Shown here: piece after piece, positions 1-14,131 of the stretch
Numbering within the stretch: position 1 is the first letter of the stretch
Layout of the letters: every line of letters begins with the position of its first letter
Origin: the human T2T-CHM13v2.0 reference genome, Homo sapiens
Assembly: GCF_009914755.1 (NCBI RefSeq)
Contig: NC_060931.1
Reading direction: 5' to 3' (one strand)
DNA: 64,000 nucleotides
Translations under genes and position numbers: made by a program
The notes under the pieces: generated by a model
What the model saw: the letters and a program-made list of their open reading frames with translations, nothing else
The model's database searches: none
Told to the model about the DNA's origin: nothing

Positions 1-539
1 GACACAGAGTTCCACCATGCCTTAGCCCCATACCACAGATGTTCAAGTAGAAGAGGTGTCGAAGGGTTTATAAGAGATGTGGAGCTGGGGTTTGGGCCAG
101 GAGATTCTTTTTCTTTTTCTTTTTTCTTGAAGAAAGTATTGGTTAAAAGTAGGGTGAAAAGTACTTCTCCAGTGTATGCTGGTATAATTAGTGTCCATGA
201 ATATCTGCAGCACTTTACAAACATGCAGCATAGTAGCTCTCAGTCATGCTGCGCAAGATACAAAGGCAAAATCCCAAATACGTGTGCCATGGTTTTGTTT
301 TTAACTTGGAAAAATGGTCTCACCAAAACAGTTTTATAAGCCATTATTAGTTCCCAGTTTAGCACAAAAAAATCAACTTCTATAAGGGAACAACAAAAAA
401 GGGTAAACAATAATACAAAAGAAAACAAATGTATTTCAACTGCCCTTCCCATTTAATACTCAACTCATAGTAATATAGTTTCTACCCATACTGTGCCATA
501 AAAACGTATCAAAATTTCTTCCTGGCTTTCTACCTTATC

Positions 540-1790
540 AAATTTCTTCCTGGCTGCCAAATCCATTGTATCCTATTTATTCTTGATATCCAAGCTCATC
601 ACTCTTTTGCCTTTTTACATATTGACAATTTTCAAGGTATACCTCCAGGCCAGAACATATATCCTTTTAGGCAATTCCATTTGGTTCCAAAGATAGATCT
701 TTCTCTTTATATCCCAGAGTCAACTGCTGATCTTCACATTTTGATCTGCTCTTCCCATTTGCTCTATCTCAAAGAAGAACAGCACCCAGTTCCCTAATGC
801 AGGATGCAGTTATTATACCGACTCCTCCCTCTGCATTTCTACGATGAAGACTTCTGAGCACACATCCCAACAAACTCCATCATTTTTCCTTCACTCTCAT
901 GTTTACTTAAGTTTACTCACCATTTGTTCCTTGGATTTCCAAGAGAATTGGTTGGCCTCTATTTCTTCCATAAACAATCTATACTCCCACCAAATTAAAC
1001 TTTCTAAAATGTCAATCAAATGCCACTCCTTTGATTAAAAAAACCCTTAAAACCTGACCTTTATTCTCAATATAGAGACCATCTTCCTGGGGATTCAAGC
1101 AAGCCCTCATGCTCTAGACCCTGCTTCCCTCCAGCTGCACCTCCAATGGCTCCCCGTGATCCAGCAATTTGCTGTTCCCCAAATGTGCCAAGTTCTCTTG
1201 CTTTATATTCCTTCCACATTAAATGTCACTATTCCTTTCTTTGCCTGACTTCTTAGCAGTCTTGAGTTCAGATATCATCTCCATATCACATATGGAGTCT
1301 TGATATCATTTCTTAGAAACTATTCAAGTCTCCAAAACTGATTCTCCATCACTCATGGCTGAAAGGAAAGGCCAATGTTCACGTAAGTTTTCAAACAGTT
1401 TCCATGAAGATTGAATTCGGTATTTCCTCCTATACTGCTTTGGAATCACTGAGGGATCACCTTAAGTTTTTGCTGATGGATATCTTCCTATAAATCTTTC
1501 TCAGTGAAAGGCTTCTTTAAGGTCAAAGAGCCTGCATGCTGCATGGGTGAGTGGCAGGTATTAGGGTTGGGGACCACCGGCCCTGTGTCCCGTCTGGGTA
1601 AGATGCTTTATTCCTGCCATCCCCCTTGCTCCCAGTGTTTTCTCATACATATTTCTGAATTTTAATATTTATTCTGTCTCTTGTACTAAACTGTGAGCAG
1701 CAGAATAAAGGCAGTGCCTTTTATTTCTGTACTCTGAATGCCTACCACAGTGTCTAACACATCATAGGTATTTACTGAATGTTTGTTTTT
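540..1790 (+). mobile_element. Degenerate L2 fragments including a 3' end
   Basis: Pyrimidine-rich L2-like tract ending in ctgtgagc...gtgcc...tgcctaccacagtgtctaacaca...tttactgaatg; boundaries approximate. Confidence 0.55.
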
Positions 1791-4679
1791 GAAGTATCCT
1801 ACTCTGTGAATCAACAAAACAGACAACAATAGCTACAAGGTAAAGACAAGTGTGTAGTTTAACTTCTTAAATGAAAATTAGTTTAATTAAACATGGATAA
1901 AACCATAGAGGAAAATTTTCTATGGAGATTTAAAGGGAACACTAGGGCACTTAAAAAATGAGAACTGTATAGCTCTGGAATTTTATTGTCTTATTTCATA
2001 CTAAAATACAAGGTTTTCCTGCTTATATGTATGAGATTAACACATACTACAACAGGATAGGTTTTTGTGTTATTTTTTTAAATGTCATGTAGAGGAGGAG
2101 GAAACAACACAAAAGAAAGGGGAAAGAGAAGAAGGAGAGAATGAGTATTGAAAATTGTTCCCTAGAAAGCCGGGCAACAATTGAAGAGAGGGAAAAGAAG
2201 AGGAGGCTTAGCGAAGATGTGTCTGTGTGTATTCCATGTGAAGAAGAACCTGCTGCATGGCATGGCAGAGCAAACAAGCCAAAGAAAGGACAGAGCTAGG
2301 CAAGGACACAATTTGAAGGTAAAGAGTATTTCGGCCAGGCGTTGAACCCTGAGTGGCAAAACTTTCCCAGGGCAACAAGCTGAGGTGGGTGTAGGCCAGG
2401 TAGGAACAGGTATTCACAATGCGCCTTTTGGAAGGCGGAGGGAGGTTGGGAAGGTCAGTGTAACAGGGCATTTCTGGTATGAAATGCCTAGTGGTCCTTT
2501 TTCAGACTATTACTGCATCAGATCTTTTTCAATTTCAGTATCAATCACCTACCAAAGAAACACTGCATATAACCTTGGGCAGATCACATAAATGTCTCTG
2601 AAATTGCTCATCTATAAAACGATCTCTAAAGCTTTACACTATTCACACTATTTAATAGTTTATTATATTTAATAATACATATTTAATAGTTCTGTGATAC
2701 TATGTAGTTTATACTAGGAATTCTAAAAGGCCAAGCAACAATAAAAATTACATGAAAGATACAGAGGAAGAATAAAATAATAATGATTATTCCAAAGAAG
2801 GGAATTAAAACGGGTAATAAATAGTGTGGGAAGATTTCAGTGTTGTCTAGAATTGAGAACTCTCTGTCGCCTACTCAAAATCACACTGAGAATCACTTCT
2901 TTGATGTTATCACTGATGAGGTTGTGCTGGACATGTGCACACAAGGGTAGACCGACCCAAACGCCCAGTTCTCAGCAGAAACCATCAGGCATAGCAAATT
3001 TATATCATGAATATTCAGCTTCTATCAAACTCCCAGCATATTTTATCATATTCATTACCAGCATTACAAATGTATAATGTAAATAATGTTAGGACATTAT
3101 ATAGTAAATAATTGATCTGGTGAAAGAGAAAAAAAAAACAAGCAGCAGTAAAGCATGACTAAAATGATGAGGAAGAAATATTTACAACATATTTGCAAGT
3201 TTGCTCAAGTGAGATAAAAACTGACAGAAGTCTTCTCTGTGCCACCTTCTCCTATATCAGATACTGGAATCCTGAGCGGGAATCACCGAGCAAGGTTTAG
3301 GATAATGTAAAAGCCATGCCTTATTAACTCTTGGACATCTCATTTCTTGGTTATAAATCCTATTAACTTGTATTACAAACTGCCATAAAACTTGGAGATA
3401 AAAGATAATTTATGCTCAGTGTACAGAAGCTAATGTTTCTGTACTCCTGAGAAGCACAGGACCAGAAAATGAGAAAGAATGTATGTGAAACCTAGAGCCA
3501 CCCGCACTCCACACAGGCAGCATGATAAACATGGCTCTGAGCACCTGACTCTTCAGCAGGAAGATGGCCTAACTAGTTACTGACATCAGCGATGTTTCAT
3601 ATCTGAAATGTCTGTCATCTATTTCATAGCATCCCCTCCTCATAAAAGGTGATGATGTCTTATCAAGAACACATTTTTGGAAGTAAAAGAAGGATGTTTA
3701 TTTAAAGGAAGGGACTATTATGCATCCTATTTTGAATTTTCTATTTTTCGAATGGCAAATTGAACATTCCTACAAAGTAAATGCTACCTACCAAGGTTTT
3801 CACTCATAATTACATTTTGACCCATAGTAAGTGAAATATGCCAAAAATACAATATGAAAAACCTTACATGCTAAAAAAAACAACCAGCTAAAAAAATTCC
3901 AAACACCTTCCCATATTCATTTTAACTGGAACTACCTCATTGTATCCTTGTTTTAAAATTCAATTTATAACTAATAAAAATACACCACAGAGAGGGGACT
4001 GAAAAGAGAACACAGACTTTAGACTGAAACAACTATACACTTTAAGTGAATTGCTACTATGACATATAGGTCAGTCCGAAATGACTAAAATAATCTTAAT
4101 GAATGGAAGATAATTACTTATTTACACAACCTAGTCTCATGAGAGTCTCATATGTAAACACTCCAAAAGAAACACAGAACATCACAGAAAGACTAAGATG
4201 ATATGAGGATAGGCTTTTTTAAAAAGATCAAGAAAAGTGCATTCTGGTTCCAGGGACTAGGACTATTCTAGCCAATTAAAATTAGTGTAGCAGATATAAC
4301 ACAAGCTCTCTTACCAAGTTACTAGACTAAAAAAATGATCAGATAAACAGTTGCTGTAAGATGACTTATTCCTCCTACTATTATCTTTAATTTCAGATCA
4401 TCTAATTGAAAAAAAATTCTGGAACACTCTAGGCTCAAATCTAACACTCGTAATAATTAACATTTATATTGAATTTTTACCACTTTTAACATACTTTAGC
4501 AAAGCTTAATGGTAAATCACTTAGTCTGCTTAAATGATGAAAGATTATTATTAGATGTAAATTTTATTATAAAACTTCAGAAAGTCATTTTTCCTTAAGG
4601 ATACAGCAACAAGATGAGGTAGATCCTTAAAGTGCATCCAAGATTTATTTTACTTGAAAATAATATCATAGTGGAAAAA

Positions 4680-4735
4680 ACATATATGTACACATATACA
4701 CACACACATATATTTATACATACACATGCATACAC
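4680..4735. repeat. Mixed (CA)/(TA) microsatellite
   Basis: catatatgtacacatatacacacacacatatatttatacatacacatgcatacac. Confidence 0.8.
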
Positions 4736-5375
4736 CAACTGGCCATCAGTTACACACTGCTTATGGACAATTACCAGCCTATGGGCTGTGACTTGTTTCA
4801 AGAGTTTATTATTTGCATCTTAGTCCATTAACCCCATGAAGGAGGAAATGTAATGTTGTGGAAAAAGTGTTGAGACAAAACACTTCACTGTGTGACCATA
4901 TTATCCTGCTTTTCTCCCAGTATTGTTATAAGGCTCAGATGAGATGCTTCTTGTAAAAGTATCAGTATTATCTTCCTCCTCAACAACTATATGTTAACTT
5001 TAATTTAAAAAAATTTAAAAATTTAGAGTTTTGAAGTCATTCTTTATTTGGCGCTAAAGCACACGAGACATTTTCTTAAGCCTACTTTTGCAATATTTTT
5101 AAATGATTTCAGTTTAAATTTATAACATTTCTCCTGCCCATCCGGACTGTGACTGTATGTTCTAAAAATAATGAACAGTCTGCTGTAGATGTCCATTCTG
5201 AATACCTTCCCCAAAGTATGCACACCATGTAATGTATAGGCACATTTAGTGCATGTATCACATATATTAATGATGCAGTTATATGAAGTAACACCTGACA
5301 GAGCCATTTCAGCCCCAGTGGTGCAAGTCTCATTTCTAGGATGTAGAATGCTTCTGTGCAGTAATTTTATAGTAG

Positions 5376-5690
<315 letters not shown>

Positions 5691-6299
5691 TGATTTTTAG
5701 TATTAATCCCATTCACGGGTATACAATTAAAACTTGTTACCAATATGGTGGATCACATGAGATCCATCCATACCTTAAACCCCCAAACATATTCACTTCA
5801 ACATATGCATTTGTGTTACTAATTTTCTTGCTATTCCCTTACTAAAAGTGATAGAAAAGCAGAGAGCCAGGCTGTGTCTCGATAAAGAACTCCCTAGAAC
5901 AGAGTGGCCAAGACGAGCAAAGGCTGCACTGCTAACCCCACAGGTGGAAGCCTGTGCCTGCCATTGTCACTCCCTTAAAGAACAGAGAGTGTAATTTTGC
6001 ATGTTCTTTTTGCACCACACTATGTAATAATTACTTCATTAGGATAAGGTAATTTTGTAGTTATTCCAATGACACAAAATCAAAATTATCACAGAGAGAA
6101 TCTACATTGCATTATATTTGGGGATTTGGCTATGCAGGTACCCTTAACATGTTTACCACTTTAGAGAACTGGGGATTCCACCTTAATAACTAACTAAAGC
6201 CTAACACATTGTATGTTACATTCCTATAAGTTATGTAGGGTCATGATTCCAGAATTTCTTTCAAGATATCCATGTCTGGCAGTTTGAGAAAGAATTGCT

Positions 6300-6618
6300 T
6301 TGTAAGTCAGTGTTTCCTCTTCCTGGGCCCACAAGCTTCATTTCCTAGACTGCCTTTGCAGTTGGGCTGGGGCGGCAGAACTTCATTCCTGCAGAAGGTG
6401 ACACAGGTTATAGGCAGGCCTGGCCTGTAAAAAACATGGTGCCACATTCTAGTAATCAGTTTCCCTGCTTCAGCAATGTGTTCCAGTTAGCTTAGATATA
6501 AAATGTGGGATGCCTCTCAAGCCACATCAGATATTCTATTAATAAGAAAAAAAAACTTAATAAACCTAATCTTGGAAAGCCTCTCAGATCTGGAGTTGAT
6601 CATCACTGCAACATAGAC
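6300..6618 (+). mobile_element. Old MaLR LTR fragment (MLT1-like)
   Basis: cttcctgggc..catttcctagactgcctttgcagttggg..aataaacct..aagcctctcagatctggagttg..actgcaacatag resembles MLT1 LTRs. Confidence 0.5.
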
Positions 6619-6766
6619 GGAGGGGGGGGTGGGAAGTAACTGAGGTACAGAGGCAATATGATAGATTAGTGCCCTGGCCAACTGAAAACAATACAAATAC
6701 TAAAAAAAAAAAATTAAGAGAATCTTCTAAAATGCATCAAATGTATCTTTAAAAAAAAAAGAATTC

Positions 6767-6880
6767 TAGGAGGCAGAGGCTGCAGTAAGCCTAGATCACG
6801 CCACTGCACTCCAGCCTGGGCAACAGAGGGAGACTCTGTCTCCAAAAAAAAAAAAAAAAAAAGAAAGAAAAGGAAAGAAA
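6767..6880 (+). mobile_element. 5'-truncated Alu (end of right arm plus A tail)
   Basis: aggaggcagaggctgcagtaagcctagatcacgccactgcactccagcctgggcaacagag..ctc followed by poly-A. Confidence 0.9.
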
Positions 6881-8005
6881 TAAGAATTTTGCCCAGAAGC
6901 CAAAAACTACATTTTGATATAAAAAGAAGGCCAAGGCTAACTTTCATCTGGAGAGTGTTTAGCAAATCAGATGAACCTGAGCTTCAGTTTCTAAAGCCCC
7001 CAACTAGGGAAGGTTGTCAGAAGACAAAGCCCAAGGCCTGCCCAAGGTTGACGTCTAAAAGGATGCTGTACCACGTAAAGCAGAGATCCAAAATATCAAG
7101 ATGAATATGAACAACACTCCCACTGGTCTGCTAGGAAAAGTGGCCAACCAAACTTTGGCACTCCATAACTGAGAAGATGAGAAAAGTCTCCCCTGAGCAT
7201 TTGTAACCAGACATCAGATTCTCAGCAGTGTTACATTCAGAGTCTACACTGACAACGTGGTCCAAAATAGTCTCAGACAAAATGTCCTAAGTACTTAGTG
7301 CTCCCACAGAACTGGGCTACAAGTCCACTCAGCAGCCAGGCAAAAGCAAATGTAAATTCTCCTTGGATTTACTTTTAACCCACACCTCAAATAATTCCCA
7401 CACTTAAAGTTCTCAGAAATGTGAGGTCCTGCCAAAAATCATAAAACAGAGAAGGAATTGAGGTCACGAAATGTGAAAGCAAAAGTGAACACAAAAGGCA
7501 GCTGGCTTACATTAGAATTATTCTAGACTATAAAACCAGTTTGATAATTATGTTTTAAGAAAGAGCCCCTTGAAAATGTGAGTAAAGGGCAAGCGTGTAA
7601 GAAAGAATAATCATGGCAGGAATTAAAAACGCAGAGGGTGGGTCTAGCGGCAGATAGGTAGAGCTGAAGCGGGACAGTGAACAGAACACAGAGGTGGTGA
7701 AGAACTTCAGAATGAAGCCCAGAGAGATTAAGACATAGAAAATATGAAAGTGCTGAGATATATATGATACAAGTAGAGGATCTTAAATACATTTAATTGG
7801 AGGTACAGAAGAAAAGAGAAAAAGAATAGGGCAATATTTGAAAACATAATGATTGAGAGTTTTCCAGAAATGATGACAGACAACAATCTATAGATGGAAG
7901 AAAATCCAATGAATCCCAAGCCAAATGCATTTCAGAAAGCTCATAATTATACCAATTATAGGGAAAACACAGAAACCCAAAACAGTAAAAATACCTTAAT
8001 GTAGA
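6880..8005 (+). mobile_element. Ancient L1 (L1M) 5'/ORF1 fragment
   Basis: gcaatatttgaaaacataatgattgagagttttccagaaatgatg..atccaatgaatcccaag is ORF1-like; highly decayed. Confidence 0.6.
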
Positions 8006-8269
8006 ATTCATATTTTAGATGTGGCTTTTTCTATCAGTGAATCTGCCAATTATAATTTTAAAAAGTATTGTACTGCATCTTTAACTAGTAATATATTGAC
8101 CAGAGCATCTATACAGAGACAAGTTATGACTGAATACTTTAGCAGTCATACCATCAATTCAGTGCAATAGAACAAAGCTCATTGCTTCACAATAGTAGTA
8201 AGTTTCAAACTTCAGAAGCTGTTGGGAGTCTATGGGTATTTAACAAACATATAAATTGATAAGAAATCT

Positions 8270-8722
8270 AAAAAGCATATCTGTACTGCTAACCAAAATC
8301 TTTTAATGACTTTCCAAAACCTATGGCAAAAAGAAGTTCACATTCCATTGTGTGGAATTTAAAGCTCTTCACAATCAGTATCCCAATTAGTTTTGTATCT
8401 TATCTTCTGGCATTCTTCCATACCACAGCCCATATTGTAGCTGCACAGCCCATATTTTAGCTGCACAGAATTACCTGCAAATCCTATAACACATCCTGCA
8501 TCTCCATGTTTCTTCCCTGGCTCTTCTTGCATTAAATAACTTTCCCATCATCTTCCACAGCAAGAATCTACTCATCCTTGAAGATTCTGTTGAATTGTAA
8601 GCTTAGTAGAAGGTACATTGCATGAAAGGATTTCTGTTTGTATTGTTAACTGCTCTATCCCTAGAAAGGAGCCTGGCAAATAGCAGGTACTCAGTAAACG
8701 TTTGTTGAATTAATTGAGTGAA
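8270..8722 (+). mobile_element. L2 3' fragment, containing a 20-bp tandem duplication at 8424-8468
   Basis: Ends ..gagcctggcaaatagcaggtactcagtaaacgtttgttgaattaattgagtgaa, typical of an L2 tail. Confidence 0.65.
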
Positions 8723-9865
8723 TACAATGTGAGTGCCTCTGTGAAGACTTTTCTTACTACACACATGCTCCAGTTTTCTATTATTTCATTTTTTGGTACT
8801 AATCTTTCAACATTGCATTGTGATTACATTTGTATAAATGGATCTTTCATTGCACTTAATCTGGAGAGCAAAGATCACATGCAACTATTTATTTTTATCC
8901 TTAATTGCTAGGCAGTGCAACAAATACGTAGAAGGCAGTCTGTAACGGTTGACAAAATACATGGATAGTATAGTTTGAAATCTGAATTCTTCTTCTCCCC
9001 TTCCATATTTATCCAGAAAGCAACATGGCTAGGACACGCAAAGATCCAGGAAAAAAATGCAAAACTGGCTAAAGAATAGTGAGCATGCACTAAACCCACC
9101 CTATTAACCAAACTACAATTTCTAGTAATGCCAGGCTACAGATGGTGGGTAGCAACAGGGTAGCAGCAAAATATAAGTAGTAGACCACAATGAGAGGCAA
9201 AAATGGAAAGTACTGTCCACTATCTTTTAAAAAAAAGGTTACCAAATGATATTTTAAAACTGAAATCCACCAATAAACCTCATAAAATTTGTTTGTTTAG
9301 TAAGAATTCTGTTCTATGCACTACATTGAGAGAAAATGTCGTTAATGTTTATCACTGGAAATGAAAGACATCATTAGAAATTATTCTGAGACAGAGAAAC
9401 TAATCACCAGGCAACTTATGAATAGTAAAAGCTAAAGACTGTCTTCTAAGTGCCTAACGAAATCAAACCCAGTTTCCAGTTATATCCAATGATAATGACA
9501 ACACTCAAAATACGTAAGAATTACATTAGCAACATTTGCCAAACCTTGTGTTTCCCCTATTGAGGTTTTTCTCAAATGTCATTCACATTCAGCTGTTCAA
9601 AACGCAAAAGTGCTCAATTTAATTCTTAGTCAATTTAGAGTTACAACACTTTCTCTTGTTTTTTAGACACAATAAAATGAAAACTTTCAGGATTCTCCTT
9701 CACATTTTTGCTGGTCAGTGACCTGGGGCAAAACTAAAGTGGCCACAAGAAAGCGCACATGTTCAATTCCACTCACAGTTCGAAGACCCAAGCAGGGCCA
9801 ATGTTTTCTTCTAGTCTACTCAAGTGGTAGAAGCTTTGTGAAGGAAAGGGCTCACATTATATTCA

Positions 9866-10024
<159 letters not shown>

Positions 10025-10575
10025 CTAAGCAAGGAAGGTAAAACTGGGAGTCACATAGAGTCACATACAAAAAATAAGTAAAAATACAGAATATTGGTGT
10101 TTAAGTTTTAAAATAATACATTAAAAAGGCTTAATGTGTGATCCATAAAGATGGCATGACTTTAGAATAATAACCTGTTAACCAAGCACCAACAGAACCT
10201 ATTCAATTCCTAGAGAAATAGGTGGTATCAGGTCATGAAGCCAAATGTTGTGTTTCTCTGGTTCAATGGTTATACCAGTGATTTTGCAAAGTGCTTTACA
10301 TACAAGAAGTTCAAGAGTTTGACGAATGAATAAATGAAGACATTGCAAGAAAAGACTCATTAGCCTAAAGAAGAAATAGATTAATTGCCATACTGTGGGA
10401 ATGTATACTTCAAAATGGGGTTCCATAACAGCACTAAAAGTAAATTATAGAGAAGAACCAAGTTCTGAAATGAGTTTCCTATCTGTGACCTTATCAGAAT
10501 GTAAGAAGAATGGGAATTTTTACTAAGGGTAACATGCTTCACATTAAGCTTAAAATATTTTAAGACAGGCAAACC

Positions 10576-10754
10576 AATAGCTAAAAGATTATAACTGGAT
10601 TGTTTGTAACACAAAGGATAAATGCTTCAGGGGCTGGATACCCCAGTTTCCATGATGTGATTATTACACACTGCATGCCTGTACTAAAATATCTGTATGT
10701 TCCCCAGAAATATATACATCTAGTATGTACCCAGGAACATCAAAAATTAAAAAT
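10576..10754 (+). mobile_element. L1MA-type 3' end fragment
   Basis: ataactggattgtttgtaacacaaaggataaatgctt..gatacccca..catgatgtgattattacacactgcatgcctgta..atgtaccc. Confidence 0.85.
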
Positions 10755-10769
10755 CAAAGAAACCAGGCA

Positions 10770-11190
<421 letters not shown>

Positions 11191-12384
11191 TTACTCCAAA
11201 TACACAGGCAATTTCCAGGACATCTGTTAATATTCAGAGGAAAGAGTTAACTTGTAAGCCATTAGACAAAGACTTATCAAAGGGATGGCTTCTGTTTGTG
11301 ATATCAAGTTAGGTAACTGATTTCTATTTATGTTTAGGAGGCCTTATTAAAAGGGCCTCTACAGACCAGTTGGGAAAGGCCCAGAGATTATTTATGACTT
11401 CAGAAAAACTACAGCATTTGCTTTAAACTGAAGAGAAATACATAAATAAGAAATTGTATATAAAATATAGAGAAAGTTCTAAGGCTGCAGTAAAAAGCTC
11501 ATGGCATATGCCTATCCACATAATCCTAAATTCATATCAGAAGCAAGGCCTGATAAAAGTTTATTCACTATACAGAATCCGAAATCCCCTTTCTAGGTTC
11601 TCAATTTTTCATTACTATACGCTAAGCCTTGAGGGATCCCATAACCTTTAAGACTGAAATTTAATCCCCATCTTCTACAATGGGATATCATGATGAACAG
11701 GCAATATCTGTAAATCAATCATTAAATTTTTCAGAAGAAAGTAGCAGCAAGATTACTTCTCATCACTACTCATTTTCCCTACAGGAAGTATTTAGCAAGA
11801 TTGATTAAAAACACTAGAGGATCAATGCAAGCTGCAGGTGGGACAGAAAAGGAATTGGCTTTGGATCATTTTTGCAGTTCTTTAGTTCTGGCTGTAAGTA
11901 GGACATTTGAAATTCACAGAGATATCGGAAAGAGGACAGAGTGTTCAATCTAAAATAGACCATTTATAGACTGCAAGTGTGTCTTTTCTACATGAACCCA
12001 AACCCTGGTGCATTTATTTCTAACATCACCCAGTCATACTTGGTTATAAACATTGACATACTTGTGAATCTCTCCTTCTAGAGGAGGCCTATGAATCACA
12101 GCCGCTAGCACAGTGTTTGCAACAGAGTAGACAACAGGTATTTACTGAGCTTCCCTTGAGCATATAAATACTCAGGAAAAACTGAATAAATAACCAGAGA
12201 GGCAAGAAGCTAATTATTCAGCTGAGTTAACATCACCTAACTCCTACAAAATAGTACTTTCTTACTTGGAAATGATTCCAACAGGTAGTAGCTTTTGAAA
12301 AAAAGCAAACACATCATACTTATTAGCTCAGATATACATCTGATGCTTTTAAAAGCTTTAGTTACAAGCTAATGACAAGAAAAA

Positions 12385-12845
12385 TTCAACCAGTGTTTGT
12401 TGATCATTTACCATGTGCTAGGAAATATCCTAAACACTTAGGATATATCGGCAAAAATACATAAGCCCCTGCCTTCATGGAGTTAATATTCAAATGAAGG
12501 ATAATATACACTTGATAAAAAGGTTTTTTTAAATGAATATATAAGTTAGAATGTGAAAAAGGTGAAAAATATATAGATATTTAAAATATATAGATATTTA
12601 AAATATATAGATATGATCTATATATTTTAAAAAGTCAGCATGCTGAGTGTGTTGAGAATAAACTGTGGAAAGGCAAGAAGGAAAGTCAGGAGATATAAAG
12701 AGATCATTATAGTAATACAGATAAGAGATAAGTTTGCTACCCCTTATTACTCCATCAAACATGATTATTCATGGCATCTACACAGCAAAACTCAGTGGTC
12801 AATTCCCAGTCCTTTTATTACTTAATCCTTCAGCAATATCTGACA
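12385..12845. mobile_element. L2 fragments (minus-strand tail, then a plus-strand piece)
   Basis: attcaaccagtgtttgttgatcatttaccatgtgctagg..cccctgccttcatggagtt; later ..cagtggtcaattcccagtcct..cttcagcaatatctgaca. Confidence 0.55.
12566..12631. repeat. 17-bp tandem repeat (~2.8 copies) followed by an inverted copy
   Basis: aaaatatatagatattt x2 + aaaatatatagatat, then atctatatattttaaa. Confidence 0.9.
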
Positions 12846-14015
12846 AGTGAAAAAAGGTAAGGATAGCTTAAGAGACTTATGGGACACCATCAAGTATAAC
12901 AATTTAAACATTATTGGTGTACTAGAAGAACAAGAGAAAGAGAAAAGAACAGAAAATATATTTGAAGAAATAATGGCAGAAAACATCCCCAGCCTGGGGA
13001 AGGAAATAGAAAGCAAATACAAGAAGCCTACGATATATCAAATAAGATAAATCCAAAAAAGACCCACACCAAGACACATCACTGTCAAAATGTCAAAAGT
13101 TAGGGTGTTGAAAGCAGCAAGGAAAAAGTGAATTGTCACATGTAAAGGAATCTCCACAAAAGCATCAGTGTATTTCTCAGCAGAAATATTGCAGGCCAGA
13201 AGGGAGTTAAATGATACATTCAAAATCCAGAAGGGGGATGGGGGTTGTTCTGTCAACCAAGAATACTATTCCCAGCAATCTTGTCTTTTGAAAATGAAGA
13301 GGTAATAAACACTTACTCAGACAAACAAAAACTGAGAGAGCTTATCATCACTAGACTTGTCTTATGAGAAATGCCAAAGGGAGTTCTTCAAGCAGAAGAA
13401 GAGGATACTAATTAGTAACATTAAAATATATGGAAGTATAAAACTTTAAGTATAAAAGCAAGTATATTGTCAAATCCAATACACTCTAATAACGAAACAG
13501 TGCTGGGTAAACAATTATACCTCTAGTATAAAGGATAAAAGGCAAAATTACCAAAAACAAAACTACAGCTTTAATAATTTTTCAAGTGATTATATATTAT
13601 AAAAAACATAAAACAAGACATTAAAAACATAAAATGTGGGAAGTAGAAGAGTAAATGTGTAGTATGCGTTATGTGATCAAAATTAAGCTGTTATCAATTT
13701 AAAATAGCCAGTTTTAAGTATAAGATGTTTTACGTAAGCCTCAGGGTAACCACAAAGCAAAATCCTATAAGAGATACACAAAAGATAAGAAGAAAAAATC
13801 TAAAGCATACTACTCCAGGGAGCCATCAAACCACAAAGGAAGAACACAAGAGGAAAAAAAGAACAGAAGATCTAAAAAACAATTGCTCTACAGAAAACAA
13901 TGAACAAAATGGCACTAGTAAGTCTGCACTTATCAATAATTATTTAAATGTAAATGGATTAACTTTTCCAATCAAAAAGCATAGAGTGGTTGAATATATT
14001 GTTTTAAAGACTCAA

Positions 14016-14131
14016 CATGGAATGCCTTTTTTATTCCTTCATTTTCAGTCTATGAGTGTCCTTTAAAGACTTACTTTACTTTAAAGGATACTCATAGGCT
14101 GAAGGTGAAGGAATAAAAAAGACATTCCATG
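14016..14131. repeat. Inverted duplication (53-bp arms, 10-nt loop) within L1
   Basis: 14016-14068 is the reverse complement of 14079-14131 at 48/53 positions; loop acttacttta. Confidence 0.95.

Noticed and set aside
507-555. Short 29-bp-period duplication (similarly 8424-8468)
   Set aside because: Ordinary two-copy slippage; not CRISPR-like, no spacer array.
2047-2480. Three overlapping minus-strand ORFs in a purine-rich tract as a possible TPK1 exon 8
   Set aside because: No match to the expected GKHRLHVDTGMEGDWCGL peptide; exons 5 and 8 were not found and presumably lie outside the window.
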